Shown: positions 47,213 to 57,500 of the stretch, in pieces
How the letters are laid out: every line of letters begins with the position of its first letter
Position numbering within the stretch: the stretch's first letter is position 1
Origin: Bacteroidia bacterium
GTDB taxonomy: Bacteria > Bacteroidota > Bacteroidia > AKYH767-A > OLB10
DNA: 64,000 bases
Direction: 5' to 3'
Assembly: GCA_017995075.1 (NCBI GenBank)
Contig: JAGOJO010000004.1
Span: forward strand, 11,339 to 75,338
Notes under the pieces: model-generated
What the model was told of the DNA's origin: nothing
Database searches by the model: none
The model's input: only the letters and a program-made list of their open reading frames with translations
Position numbers and translations under genes: made by a program

Positions 47213-49828
47213 ATGATGGTTCGTTTGACATTGAAAAATTTACTGCTGATCGGTTGCCTCTTATTGATGGTTATTCCGGCTTTGGCTACGCATAATCGTG
47301 CCGGTGAAATTACCTATGAGCGTTTGGGTACTTATACGTATAAGGTGAAGATCGTGACGTATACCAAGACCTCCAGTCCTGCCGATCGTCCCGAGCTGGA
47401 GTTCTGGTGGGGTGATGGTACACGCGATACCATTCCACGTTTAAGTATTGATTTCAATGTTGGTCCTGATATTCAACGGAACACTTATGTGGAGACGCAC
47501 GTTTATCCGGGTAATGGAAGTTATATCATGTATTTCCTCGATGAGAACAGAAATGCGGCGGTTGTAAATATTCCGGGTTCTGTGAACATTCCATTTTATG
47601 TGCAGACACAGCTGATTATTTCGCCGGCCTATTCAACCAATTCTTCTCCGCAATTATTACAACCACCGATTGATGATGGTGTGGTGGGTGCGGTGTTCAT
47701 ACATAATCCGAATGCTTTCGATCCCGATGGAGATAGTCTCTCGTTTGAATTGGCAGAGTGTAAGGGCTTTGGTGGAAATCCGATCCCGACGTTTTTTTAT
47801 CCTCCGGCCAGTAATTCATTCACACTTGATGCGGTGACAGGCGATCTTGTTTGGGATGAACCGATGACGGTTGGTGAATTCAATGTGGCGATGATCATTC
47901 GTGAGTGGAGAAATATTCCGGGTATTGGTACGCTGAATATCGGCTATGTGACCAGAGATATGCAAATTACCATTTATCCTCCGGTGAACGAACCTCCTGT
48001 CATTACAGGTGCAGTGGATACTTGCGTAGAGGCGGGCAATTTATTGGCATTTACAGTGACCGCTACTGATCCGAATCCGCTGGAGACGGTCACGATGTCA
48101 GCTACAGGTGGACCTTTTACTTTGTCGAGTAGTCCTGCGACCTTTACTTCAACTCCGTCACAAGGCGGCACTACCGGCGACTTCAACTGGAATACAACGT
48201 GTGCGCATGTCCGAAAAGCACCCTACACTGTTGTGTTTAAAGCAGAGGATAATAATTCGCAGGTGCAACTGGCGGATCTGAAATCGATTTTTATTACTGT
48301 CGTTGGACCCTCTCCGAAAAATCCATTGGCATCTCCTTTGGGAAATTCAATGGTGCTGACCTGGGATCAGAGTGCCTGCGCAGAAGCAGTAGGTTATCAT
48401 ATTTATCGCCGCGTTACAACGTATGGATTTATTCCGGGCTATTGTGAAACCGGTGTTCCTGCCTATACCGGCTATGTACGTATCGGATCATTGAATGGAT
48501 TAACATCAACAACATTCACCGATGACAATGCAGGCGCTGGTCTGGCTCCTGCAGTGGAGTATTGTTATATGGTGACTGCGTTTTATCCGGATGGAGCAGA
48601 GAGTTATGCTTCTGTGGAGTTTTGTAACCGCCTCAACCGTGATGTTCCTGTGATTACCAATGTGGATGTGAATGTTACCGATGCAGCAGCCGGTGAGATA
48701 TATGTAGCGTGGGGAAAGCCAACACAACTGGATCCTGTACAGACTCCCGGTCCTTATCGTTATGTATTGCAACGCGCCAGCGGTAGCGGAGCCTTCACAG
48801 ATGTGGTTACAAAAACCAATCTCGATGATACCACCTACACAGATGTGAATTTAAATACTTCGGGGGTGCAGTACCGTTATAGAGTAGAATTCTGGAATGA
48901 TACACCCGGTAATGTGTTCCGGATTGGATTTACGCAAGAAGCCTACAGTGTGTTTTTAAATATCGCTCCCGGTGATGAAAAAAATAATCTGAGCTGGGCA
49001 GTAAATGTTCCATGGACGAATAACTACTACGTCATCTACCGTGAAAATACCTTAGGAGTGTTTGATTCCATCGACTTTACGAATACTGTTTCCTATGTCG
49101 ATGATTCGCTGGTGAATGGTCAGTCGTATTGTTATTATATCAAAAGTGTTGGAGCATATCAGGATACCGGACTGGTAAATCCTATTATCAATAAATCGCA
49201 GGAGTTTTGCAGCACACCGGTCGACAATGAACCGCCATGCCCACCCTTACTGGCGAATGGACCTAATTGTCCGGCCCTGCAGGATACACTTTCGTGGACC
49301 AACTACGACTCCTGCGCGTTTGATGTAGCCACGTATGAAATATACTATGCAGCTCCGGGAAGTACTGCTTATTCCTTAATAGCAACTGTTCCTTATGGCA
49401 ACTTCAGTTATCTGTATAATGGAATTAGCTCCATAGCCGGATGTTATTATATCACCGCTACAGATACCGCAGGGAACACCAGTGATACAAGCAATATAGT
49501 TTGCACCGAGACATGTCCTCTTTATGAACTGCCCAATATCTTCACGCCGGATGGTAACTCTATTAACGATCTCTATCATCCAATCACTCCATACAGAGAT
49601 GTAAAAGATGTAGAGATGACCATCTTCAACAGATGGGGAGATATTGTATTCGAAACCACTGATGCTGCCATTAACTGGAACGGAAAACGAAACAATGACG
49701 GACAAGAAAATCCCGAAGGAGTTTATTTTTACGTATGCAAAGTAAATGAGTTAAGTCTCAGCGGAGAAACAACACAACGGATTCTCAAAGGAATCATCCA
49801 TCTCTACCGCGGCGAACAGGTGAAATAA
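47213..49828 (+). CDS. large secreted protein with a T9SS type B (gliding motility-associated) C-terminal sorting domain
   Basis: It has a signal peptide and the start ATHNRAGEITY. The C-terminus is LPNIFTPDGNSINDLYHP...IFNRWGDIVFE...WNGK...GVYFYV. Confidence 0.8.
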   Translation: MMVRLTLKNLLLIGCLLLMVIPALATHNRAGEITYERLGTYTYKVKIVTYTKTSSPADRPELEFWWGDGTRDTIPRLSIDFNVGPDIQRNTYVETHVYPGNGSYIMYFLDENRNAAVVNIPGSVNIPFYVQTQLIISPAYSTNSSPQLLQPPIDDGVVGAVFIHNPNAFDPDGDSLSFELAECKGFGGNPIPTFFYPPASNSFTLDAVTGDLVWDEPMTVGEFNVAMIIREWRNIPGIGTLNIGYVTRDMQITIYPPVNEPPVITGAVDTCVEAGNLLAFTVTATDPNPLETVTMSATGGPFTLSSSPATFTSTPSQGGTTGDFNWNTTCAHVRKAPYTVVFKAEDNNSQVQLADLKSIFITVVGPSPKNPLASPLGNSMVLTWDQSACAEAVGYHIYRRVTTYGFIPGYCETGVPAYTGYVRIGSLNGLTSTTFTDDNAGAGLAPAVEYCYMVTAFYPDGAESYASVEFCNRLNRDVPVITNVDVNVTDAAAGEIYVAWGKPTQLDPVQTPGPYRYVLQRASGSGAFTDVVTKTNLDDTTYTDVNLNTSGVQYRYRVEFWNDTPGNVFRIGFTQEAYSVFLNIAPGDEKNNLSWAVNVPWTNNYYVIYRENTLGVFDSIDFTNTVSYVDDSLVNGQSYCYYIKSVGAYQDTGLVNPIINKSQEFCSTPVDNEPPCPPLLANGPNCPALQDTLSWTNYDSCAFDVATYEIYYAAPGSTAYSLIATVPYGNFSYLYNGISSIAGCYYITATDTAGNTSDTSNIVCTETCPLYELPNIFTPDGNSINDLYHPITPYRDVKDVEMTIFNRWGDIVFETTDAAINWNGKRNNDGQENPEGVYFYVCKVNELSLSGETTQRILKGIIHLYRGEQVK

Positions 49829-49927
49829 AATGTTCCGCTGAGAAGTAGTTGCAGGATTCCTGAGTCTTATCAGTATAAAACAAATTGCCAAGTAGCCGGA
49901 TTTTGTAATTTTATCCGGTAAATCTAC

Positions 49928-50680
49928 ATGATGAAAACAGTAGGGATTATTCCCGCCCGATACGCATCCACCCGGTTTCCCGGAAAGCCATTGGCAATGA
50001 TCGCCGGTGTGTCCATGATTGAACGCGTTTACCGGCAGGCACTCAAAGCCGGATCGTTGAAGAAGGTAATCGTTGCCACCGATGATCAGCGGATAGCCGA
50101 TGCCGTTAGTGCGTTTGGCGGAGAAGTAATCATGACCAGCAGTGAACATCCATCCGGCACCGACCGTTGTGCAGAAGTATTATCGCAGTTAAACGGAGCG
50201 TTTGATGCAGTTGTCAATATACAGGGTGATGAGCCATTTATTCACCCCGGACAAATCGATCTTGTTTGCGGGGCCCTGGCCGAAGATCAGGTACAGATTG
50301 CCACACTCGTCAAAAAAATTTCCACCATCACCGAATTAACCAATCCCAACTCACCTAAAGTAGTACTTGGAGCCAACGGAGATGCCTTGTATTTCTCCCG
50401 ACAGCCCATTCCATTTTTCAAAGGAGCGGAAATCGAAGAATGGATAACACATCATTGTTACTATAAACATATTGGCATTTACGGATACCGCGCCGATGTA
50501 CTTCCCCGCCTCACCCGCCTCACACCCGGCAAACTGGAAAAAGCAGAATCACTGGAACAACTCCGATGGCTCGAACACGGCTTCCGCATCCGCACACGTA
50601 TCACCGAACTCGAAACCATCGCCGTTGATACGCCAGCTGACATGAAAGCAGCTGAGGAGTATATTCAGTCTACCCCTTAA
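49928..50680 (+). CDS. kdsB: 3-deoxy-manno-octulosonate cytidylyltransferase
   Basis: It carries IIPARYASTRFPGKPL and IQGDEPF. Confidence 0.9.
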   Translation: MMKTVGIIPARYASTRFPGKPLAMIAGVSMIERVYRQALKAGSLKKVIVATDDQRIADAVSAFGGEVIMTSSEHPSGTDRCAEVLSQLNGAFDAVVNIQGDEPFIHPGQIDLVCGALAEDQVQIATLVKKISTITELTNPNSPKVVLGANGDALYFSRQPIPFFKGAEIEEWITHHCYYKHIGIYGYRADVLPRLTRLTPGKLEKAESLEQLRWLEHGFRIRTRITELETIAVDTPADMKAAEEYIQSTP

Positions 50681-50698
50681 ATTATTTCTTGATTGATG

Positions 50699-50745
50699 CC
50701 CCGTCAGCATTCGCCTTGCGAACACTGACGGGGTGTGATTTTCGT
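50699..50745 (+). terminator. candidate terminator hairpin downstream of kdsB
   Basis: A 9-bp stem CCCCGTCAG (50699-50707) pairs with CTGACGGGG (50725-50733). Only a weak T-tract follows (TGTGATTTTCG). Confidence 0.4.
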
Positions 50746-51096
50746 GACCGCGAAGTAGAGCCATGAGAGGTACTTTACTAGCAAAGTGCCTCTCATGGCA
50801 CACTTCTCGGCACGGTTAGAAACATGTTTCGCCCTGAAGTGTGCCTTGGAACAGTAAAAAGTTGCTGTTTCAAGGTTCTACTTCAGGGGATGATTTTTTG
50901 AGGTAGCTGAGAGGGATGTGATTGATGGATGTGATGGGGTTGGGGGCCCCGCGCTCACCGCGCCTTCTCCGCGCTCCCCGCGTTTAAGTCTCCACGTGTA
51001 CATAGAACTAGTATATCCCCGTCTTACCTTCACTTTCTGCCTGAAATTTGACTTTCGGTTCCGAATCAACTATCTTAGCACCGTCAGAACGACTAA

Positions 51097-52143
51097 ATGT
51101 CAAGAATTAACCTCTATATCAGCGAGTTACTATTCCTCAACGACTGTGTGATTATCCCCGGTCTTGGCGGATTTGTGGCCAATACGCGTTCTGCTTTTTT
51201 GAACCCTGCTCAACATACTTTTACTCCTCCTTCCCGTCGTGTAGCTTTTAATGCCAGTTTACGGACAAATGATGGTCTCTTGGCTCATCATGTGTCTCGT
51301 CGTCAGGGTATTAGCTATGGAGAGGCACTTGCCGAGGTGAAGGTTTGGGTGGATGATTTGGTGGCGCGTTTGCATGCCGGGGAGCAGATTTGGCTCGATA
51401 AAATCGGTTCGCTGGTTTTTGATGCCGAAAACCGTATTCAGTTTGAACCGGATCTGACAGAGAATTACCTGACTGATTCCTTTGGTTTGGTGAGCATTCA
51501 TTCACCTGCCATCCGTCGTGATGAACAACCGGCGAAGGTGAAGAAACTGATTCCGGTAAAAGAGAAGAAAAAGCGTCAGGGATGGAAGTTGTTGGAGTTA
51601 ATTCCGGCGGCGGCTGTTCTGGCTATTCTTGCGTTCAATCCGAATGTGATTAAAGTGTTGAATTCGGAATTGGCGAATATCGTTCCGCTGAAGGAAATAT
51701 TTTCTGAACCTGTTGTGCGTTATTCCGGTGTGAAGGAAAATCCTAAACCCGATTTTGAAATTCCTGCTGCAACTGAGTCCGTTTTACCGGCACCTGTGGA
51801 TACTACACCTGCTGTGATTGAAGAAGTTCCGGTGGAAGTAACTCCGGTTGATTCTACACATGTGGCTGCTGCTCCGGTAGAAGTGGAAGCCGCTCCGGTG
51901 AAGCCTAACGGTAACGGAGCTACGTTCTATATCATCGGTGGCTGTTTCCGCTCTGAAGAGAATGCAAAAAAATTACTGGAAGAAGCAGATTTGCTCGGTT
52001 ATGAGGCGCAGCTTCTCGGTAAAAATGATAAAGGTCTGCATGTAGTGAGTCTTTTTGCCGGTAATGATATGGCGAAAGTGCAGAGTCAGCTGGAAGAGAT
52101 CAAGGCGAATTTTGAGAAGGGCGCCTGGGTGATGGTTAAATAA
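51097..52143 (+). CDS. HU-like (HU-CCDC81-type) + TM + SPOR domain protein
   Basis: The N-terminus is LNDCVIIPGLGGFVANTRSA, followed by a central TM segment, a Pro/Val/Ala-rich linker and a C-terminal SPOR-like region (FYIIGGCFRSEENAKKL). Confidence 0.7.
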   Translation: MSRINLYISELLFLNDCVIIPGLGGFVANTRSAFLNPAQHTFTPPSRRVAFNASLRTNDGLLAHHVSRRQGISYGEALAEVKVWVDDLVARLHAGEQIWLDKIGSLVFDAENRIQFEPDLTENYLTDSFGLVSIHSPAIRRDEQPAKVKKLIPVKEKKKRQGWKLLELIPAAAVLAILAFNPNVIKVLNSELANIVPLKEIFSEPVVRYSGVKENPKPDFEIPAATESVLPAPVDTTPAVIEEVPVEVTPVDSTHVAAAPVEVEAAPVKPNGNGATFYIIGGCFRSEENAKKLLEEADLLGYEAQLLGKNDKGLHVVSLFAGNDMAKVQSQLEEIKANFEKGAWVMVK

Positions 52144-52185
52144 TCCTGTCGATTTATTGTTGATACTGTCTCCGGTTTTCCGGAC

Positions 52186-54477
52186 TCAATACATCGTGAC
52201 TGTAATTCGTATGTCTGCATTTCTTCCTTTGTCGTCGGTGCAGGAAATTTTTGTGTTGCCTGCATGTGGTGCGAAGAAACATTTATCTCCGGCGGGAATC
52301 GTTTTGTAAAACTGGTCGTTGATGAACCAGGTAATAGTGGTGACATCTCCCGATACTGCAGCACTTAGTTCGAGTGGTCGTGGGTCTTCTTTCTCGAGCA
52401 GATATTCTTCGCCTTCTTTTAAACTTAAGATGCGTGGTTTGTTGCCTTCAAATAATCGTGTGCAATTCGGATTGTGTGGTGGTGGTATCTTCACCGGTAA
52501 TCCTTGTTCACGATAGTAACGAAGTACTTCTGCGGGTGGGTTTTCATAGATGCCCCGTTTGTATCCTGTCTCCGGCAGGCAATGTGTGCAGTAGGAAATC
52601 TTCTCCGCCGGGTCTGTTTTGAATTCGGCGAGATGGTCGCATACTTCGGTGCTGCTTACACCGGGTAGATAAGCGTCGATGATTTTTTCGCTGCAGTGTT
52701 CGCCGGGTATGCGGCCACTTTGCGGACATATATACCGATAGTCGAGTTCGCGTGTTGGCTGAAACCAGCCTTGTGTGGAGTTGTAGTCGATGCTGTTGAA
52801 TAACTGGAACAGCAATGGTGTGGCCATGTCAGCGCCGGTGAGTTCGGGAATTCCCTTGCCATCAAAATTTCCGATCCATACACCTACAGTATAACGTTTG
52901 TTGTATCCGATGGCCCATGCGTCGCGTCGTCCGTAGGATGTTCCCGTTTTCCATGCGATGCGGGGGACGTGTAAGCTGCTCTCAAATAAGTTGGGTAGAT
53001 CTGGCCGGTCGCGTCGGGTGAGAATACTGCTGAGTATGTAAGCGGCGGTTGGACTGATAATCTTTTTCTTTAATGTAGCAGGTATTTTTCCATGCGTATA
53101 ACGGATAGGCATATACGAACCTTCCCGCGCAAAGCAGGTGTAGAGGGTGGTGAGCTCTTCGAGTGTGTTTCCGCAGCCGCCGAGGATGGTGCTGAGTCCA
53201 AGTCCGGGTTGTTGGCGGAGACTATAACATCCTGCGTCGAGTAATCGCTGGCGGAATACAGGTACGGTGATCTTTTCGAGAAGAACGACTGCTGGTATGT
53301 TCAGTGAGGAGGAGAGCGCATCTTCGGCACTGACTTGTCCGTGAAATTTACGGTCGAAGTTTTCCGGACTATACCCGTCATAGTGTACCGGCACATCCGC
53401 GAGTTTTGTTTTTGGTGTGATTACTCCTGCATCAAATGCCATGGCATACACGAGTGGTTTCAATGTACTGCCGGGTGACCGGATGGCGGTAATTCCGTCT
53501 ACTTGTCCCGAGTGAAAATAGTCCGCGTAGTCCTGACTTCCGACATATGCTACTACTTCCAGTGTATTGTTGTCAATGATGAGTATTGAGCCATTATGAA
53601 TGCCGATGTTGCTTAAGCGTCGCAGATGATTGTAGCAAAGCTGCTGTGCTTTCTCTTGAATTTCAGATTTGATTGTTGTGTAGATGGCATCTCCGGCTCC
53701 GTTGCGGATTAATCGTCTGCTGAGATGTGGGGCCCGCTGCTGAAGCGCCGTTCGTTTCATTTCGATGGGCTCCTGTATGGCTTCGAGATAATCGTTTTTC
53801 TGGATGATTCCTTCCTGATACAATTGCAATAACCATCGGTTTCGTTCAGTGAGCAGTTTTTTGTTTCCTTCGCCGGGCCGGAGAGAGGAGGGGCGGTTGG
53901 GGATGATAGTAAGAGTGACAGCTTCGGCGGGACTTAATAACGCTGGTGCCTTACCGAAATAGAGCAACGATGCGGCCGTGACTCCTTCGATGTTACTGCC
54001 ATAAGGTGTGAGCGAAAGATAATAGCCTAGGATTTCATTCTTGGAGTAATGAAGCTCCAGTTGAAATGCGCGGAATGATTCAAGTAATTTGCTGAATATG
54101 GTTCTTGGTCTCGGTTCAAGCAACCGTACTACCTGCATGGTGATGGTAGATGCTCCCGATGTACGTCGGCCGGTAGTGAGGTTGTTGTAAGCGGCCCGAA
54201 GCATGGCAATTGGATTGACGCCGGGATGGTAGTAGAAGTATTTATCTTCCTTGGCAATGAAGGTGCGCAACAAGAGCGTGTCGACCTGCTCTGTGCTGCA
54301 ACGCATGCGCCATTTTTCATCCTTACTTAAAAATGTGTTGAGGATCTTTCGATCACGGTCGTACACCACCGTTGACCAATGAGGTGCAGGGTTGAAGGGA
54401 AAACTGATATCTACTACCGCAAATACAATGGCAAAGATTGCCAGCGATAGCAGTGTTCTTCGGACCAGTGTAGACAT
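52186..54477 (-). CDS. pbpC: penicillin-binding protein 1C
   Basis: The GT51 motif is EDKYFYYHPGVNP, and the transpeptidase motifs are STLKP and KTGTS. It has a PBP1C-type C-terminal domain and lies immediately downstream of the alpha-2-macroglobulin gene. Confidence 0.9.
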   Translation of the reverse strand: MSTLVRRTLLSLAIFAIVFAVVDISFPFNPAPHWSTVVYDRDRKILNTFLSKDEKWRMRCSTEQVDTLLLRTFIAKEDKYFYYHPGVNPIAMLRAAYNNLTTGRRTSGASTITMQVVRLLEPRPRTIFSKLLESFRAFQLELHYSKNEILGYYLSLTPYGSNIEGVTAASLLYFGKAPALLSPAEAVTLTIIPNRPSSLRPGEGNKKLLTERNRWLLQLYQEGIIQKNDYLEAIQEPIEMKRTALQQRAPHLSRRLIRNGAGDAIYTTIKSEIQEKAQQLCYNHLRRLSNIGIHNGSILIIDNNTLEVVAYVGSQDYADYFHSGQVDGITAIRSPGSTLKPLVYAMAFDAGVITPKTKLADVPVHYDGYSPENFDRKFHGQVSAEDALSSSLNIPAVVLLEKITVPVFRQRLLDAGCYSLRQQPGLGLSTILGGCGNTLEELTTLYTCFAREGSYMPIRYTHGKIPATLKKKIISPTAAYILSSILTRRDRPDLPNLFESSLHVPRIAWKTGTSYGRRDAWAIGYNKRYTVGVWIGNFDGKGIPELTGADMATPLLFQLFNSIDYNSTQGWFQPTRELDYRYICPQSGRIPGEHCSEKIIDAYLPGVSSTEVCDHLAEFKTDPAEKISYCTHCLPETGYKRGIYENPPAEVLRYYREQGLPVKIPPPHNPNCTRLFEGNKPRILSLKEGEEYLLEKEDPRPLELSAAVSGDVTTITWFINDQFYKTIPAGDKCFFAPHAGNTKISCTDDKGRNADIRITVTMY

Positions 54478-54497
54478 GTTCAGGTTGATGGAGTTTG

Positions 54498-54531
54498 CAG
54501 GATGTAGAGTGTTGTTTGGCTCTACATCCTG
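54498..54531 (-). promoter_or_regulatory. intercistronic stem-loop between the a2m and pbpC genes
   Basis: A perfect 12-bp stem CAGGATGTAGAG (54498-54509) pairs with CTCTACATCCTG (54520-54531) across a 10-nt loop. No T-tract follows on the transcribed strand. Confidence 0.6.
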
Positions 54532-54540
54532 CTGTTTCCG

Positions 54541-57500
54541 TTATTCTTTTACGAGAATTCTGCCGGCTCCGTGGATGGAATGATACTCGCCGCTGTACAT
54601 GGCATCAGCACTTACCGGACCCATCACGTAATTGCCGGGACTCACCGCTCTTACCACATAATAATAATACTGTGGTTGTGCGGAGAGTGAGGTGTAAAGG
54701 TTGATGCGGTCGTCGCGCATGTCGATGTGTTCTGTTCCGGAATTATTCTTGATCCAGTCGAGGTCAGGGATACTGCTGATGCGCGGATTTTCAATTTCGA
54801 ATCCTGCAGGTAACATGTCGGTGACTACAATATTCTCAATGAAAGTACGACTTAAGTTCTCCAGTGAAATGCGCACAACAATGAGATCGTTTTGCTTGAA
54901 TACATTGCCTTGAATCTCGCTGCCATTGCGATTGAAGAATGTTTTACGGACCCTGATGTTTGCATCTTCCGGTTTGAAACTTCCATCAACGGTGAGTCCT
55001 TCGCTTTTCCAGAAGTAGTAGAGTTGTCCGCTGCCCTTCGTGGTGAAATTGACTTTCGTATTTACCAGTTCCTTCCGGATGGTGAGATCCTTTCCGTCGA
55101 AGTTGAATGATTTCCCGCCGGAAGTAACTAGTGTAGCAGTGACGGTGCTTTGTTGTGTGAGTCGACTGAATTTACCGAGTGCGAGGAAACTAATGGCGCG
55201 CTCTTGTGTACTCATCCAGTTGCGTTTTGAAATTTCAGTACTTAGTTGTCGTACCATAATACCAACTTGTGCATTGTCGGGGTCGTGGGTGAGGAGTGAA
55301 TTCAAAGCCATCGATAAATCACGTACATAGCTATAGAAACTTCCTCCGGTTGCATTGCCTGATTTTTCACCTTCAAATGCTTTGGGGAGTAAATCGTCGT
55401 ATGTTCTCCGGTCGCCTATCGCTAAATAAGTGGTTGCAAGCAGGTATTTGGAGTCGAGGCAAAGATCGTTGAACCGTGAACGGTAATAATTCATGGTGCT
55501 TCGGTCGGCTTTGTTGTTTATTGCAAGTACATAGAGCGAATAGAAGATATCTTTTGCAGGAATTTTCTTATTCGTGTATGTTTTGTCGCTCGCCCAGTAC
55601 CAGTAATCTTCAGTGTTCTTTTTCCGAGATTCGTTGCGCAGATAGTTGAGTAATTTTTCCTTGCTGCTTTCATTTACTTCGAATCCTGCTTTTGATGCTT
55701 CAGTGAGGAAGTGTGCTGCGTAAGCACTGATCCAGGTGTTGGTACTACTTTGTCCGGGCCAAGTGACAATTCCTCCGCTATAATGTTGCATGCTTTGGAT
55801 TTTGGTGATGGCAGCCTGTACATTGGTTTTGGTCTGTACAACATAGCCCGGTTTATTTTTCAGACTCTTCACCAGATCTCCGTAATAAATCTGTGGGAAG
55901 GCAATGCTGATGGTTTGTTCAGCGCAACCATGGGGATAGTCGAGCAGATAACTGAGCTGATCTGCGAAACTTACCAGCGGTGAACGACTGATAATCAATT
56001 CCGCTTCCGCAGTTGATGGAATGAATCCGAAGTTAAAATCTACAGCGCCACTTTGTCCTCCTTTTATAGCTCCACTTCCATTACGCACCTGTAAACTTGC
56101 AGGTGGACGAACAGTGAGAGCCGTTTTTTCCGAATAGGTTTCTTTTCCATTGATGACCTGAACATTAAAGCTGCCTTCACCTGTTCCGGATGGTGCTGCA
56201 ATTTTATAAACCATTCGTTGTTCTTGTCCGGGATTTAACTGAATCCTTTCGCCGGCACCGTTCGTGATTTTAATAGCACCTGTTGCACTTGCTTTGATAC
56301 TTGCGTCGATGCGTTTGTTCGTTGTATTGGTGAAGGTGACCGGAACACTAATGGTATCTCCCGGACTCGTAAACCGTGGAAGTGCACTGCTGATCACAAC
56401 AGGATCTGCTACTTTCATGTGTGCTTCCGCTGATCCGAATGCTCCATCTTTATATGCGACAGCCATCACCCGCAGATCTCCGCTGAAAGAAGGAATATCC
56501 ATTTGGTAAGTTGCGATACCTTGTGCGTTGGTATGTAATTGTCCGCTCCAGGCAGTGATCAGCTTTACTCTTTTATTGGTAATCGGATTCACACGCTTCG
56601 CCAGATCATAACCATCTCCACCGGTGCTGGATCTCCGCATCTTTAATTCCGGTAAGAGATAAAGATAGAGATCATATCCGTCCACCATCAATGCTTTTTT
56701 CTGGTAGAAGAATTTATATGGATCCGGAGTTTCTGTATTCCTGATCTGCAGAATTCCCTCGTCTACTACCGCAATGGTGACTTCAATATCGCTGGAAGGT
56801 TTGGTCTTGACAGTAATTTGCTGTTTCGTATTTGCTCTCGATTTCTCTGCGGCAACAATGGTGAGCGGAAGTTGATTGTTTTTTTCTTCTACCATCACCG
56901 GTGCTACACCATGTGCTACAGTCAGGGGAATACTCCCATCATCTACTTTTCGGAACAGCGTGGCCGTTATATAGATATTCGGCAGGAACTCACCGTCAAT
57001 AGGAAGTTGGAGTTCAGCTGCTTTTTTATCTGTGTTGAGCGTGTAGTAACGGATGACTTCCTGTTGTTCTACAGTGATCAATAAGCGTCCGTTGAATGGT
57101 GTTTTAAAGAGGACTTTTGCTTTTTCTCCGGGTTGATAGGAAGTTTTGTCAGTGGTAATGTCGATGGTTCCTTCTGTGTTTACTGCGAAGGCTGTTGATC
57201 CGGTATATCCCCATCCGTACGCATAGAACTGCTCTTCCACATAGCGATCAGATCCAGGTAAACTCAATCGCACAAGATATTCTCCTGATTCCGTTGGCGT
57301 GAATGGGGTGACAAGTTCTTTGTTGCCCAGATTAACCTGACGATCCTGTAATATTTTTTCCTGTCGCTGTGAGATGTAATGCAGGCGATCACCATAACTT
57401 CTGCTGAGGATGTTCTGGTAGTTTACTTTGATGATCTGCATTCTTGCGGTGGATGGAGCTGGTTGTCCGGCACTGTTGAGTGAAATCATGCCAAGCTGCA

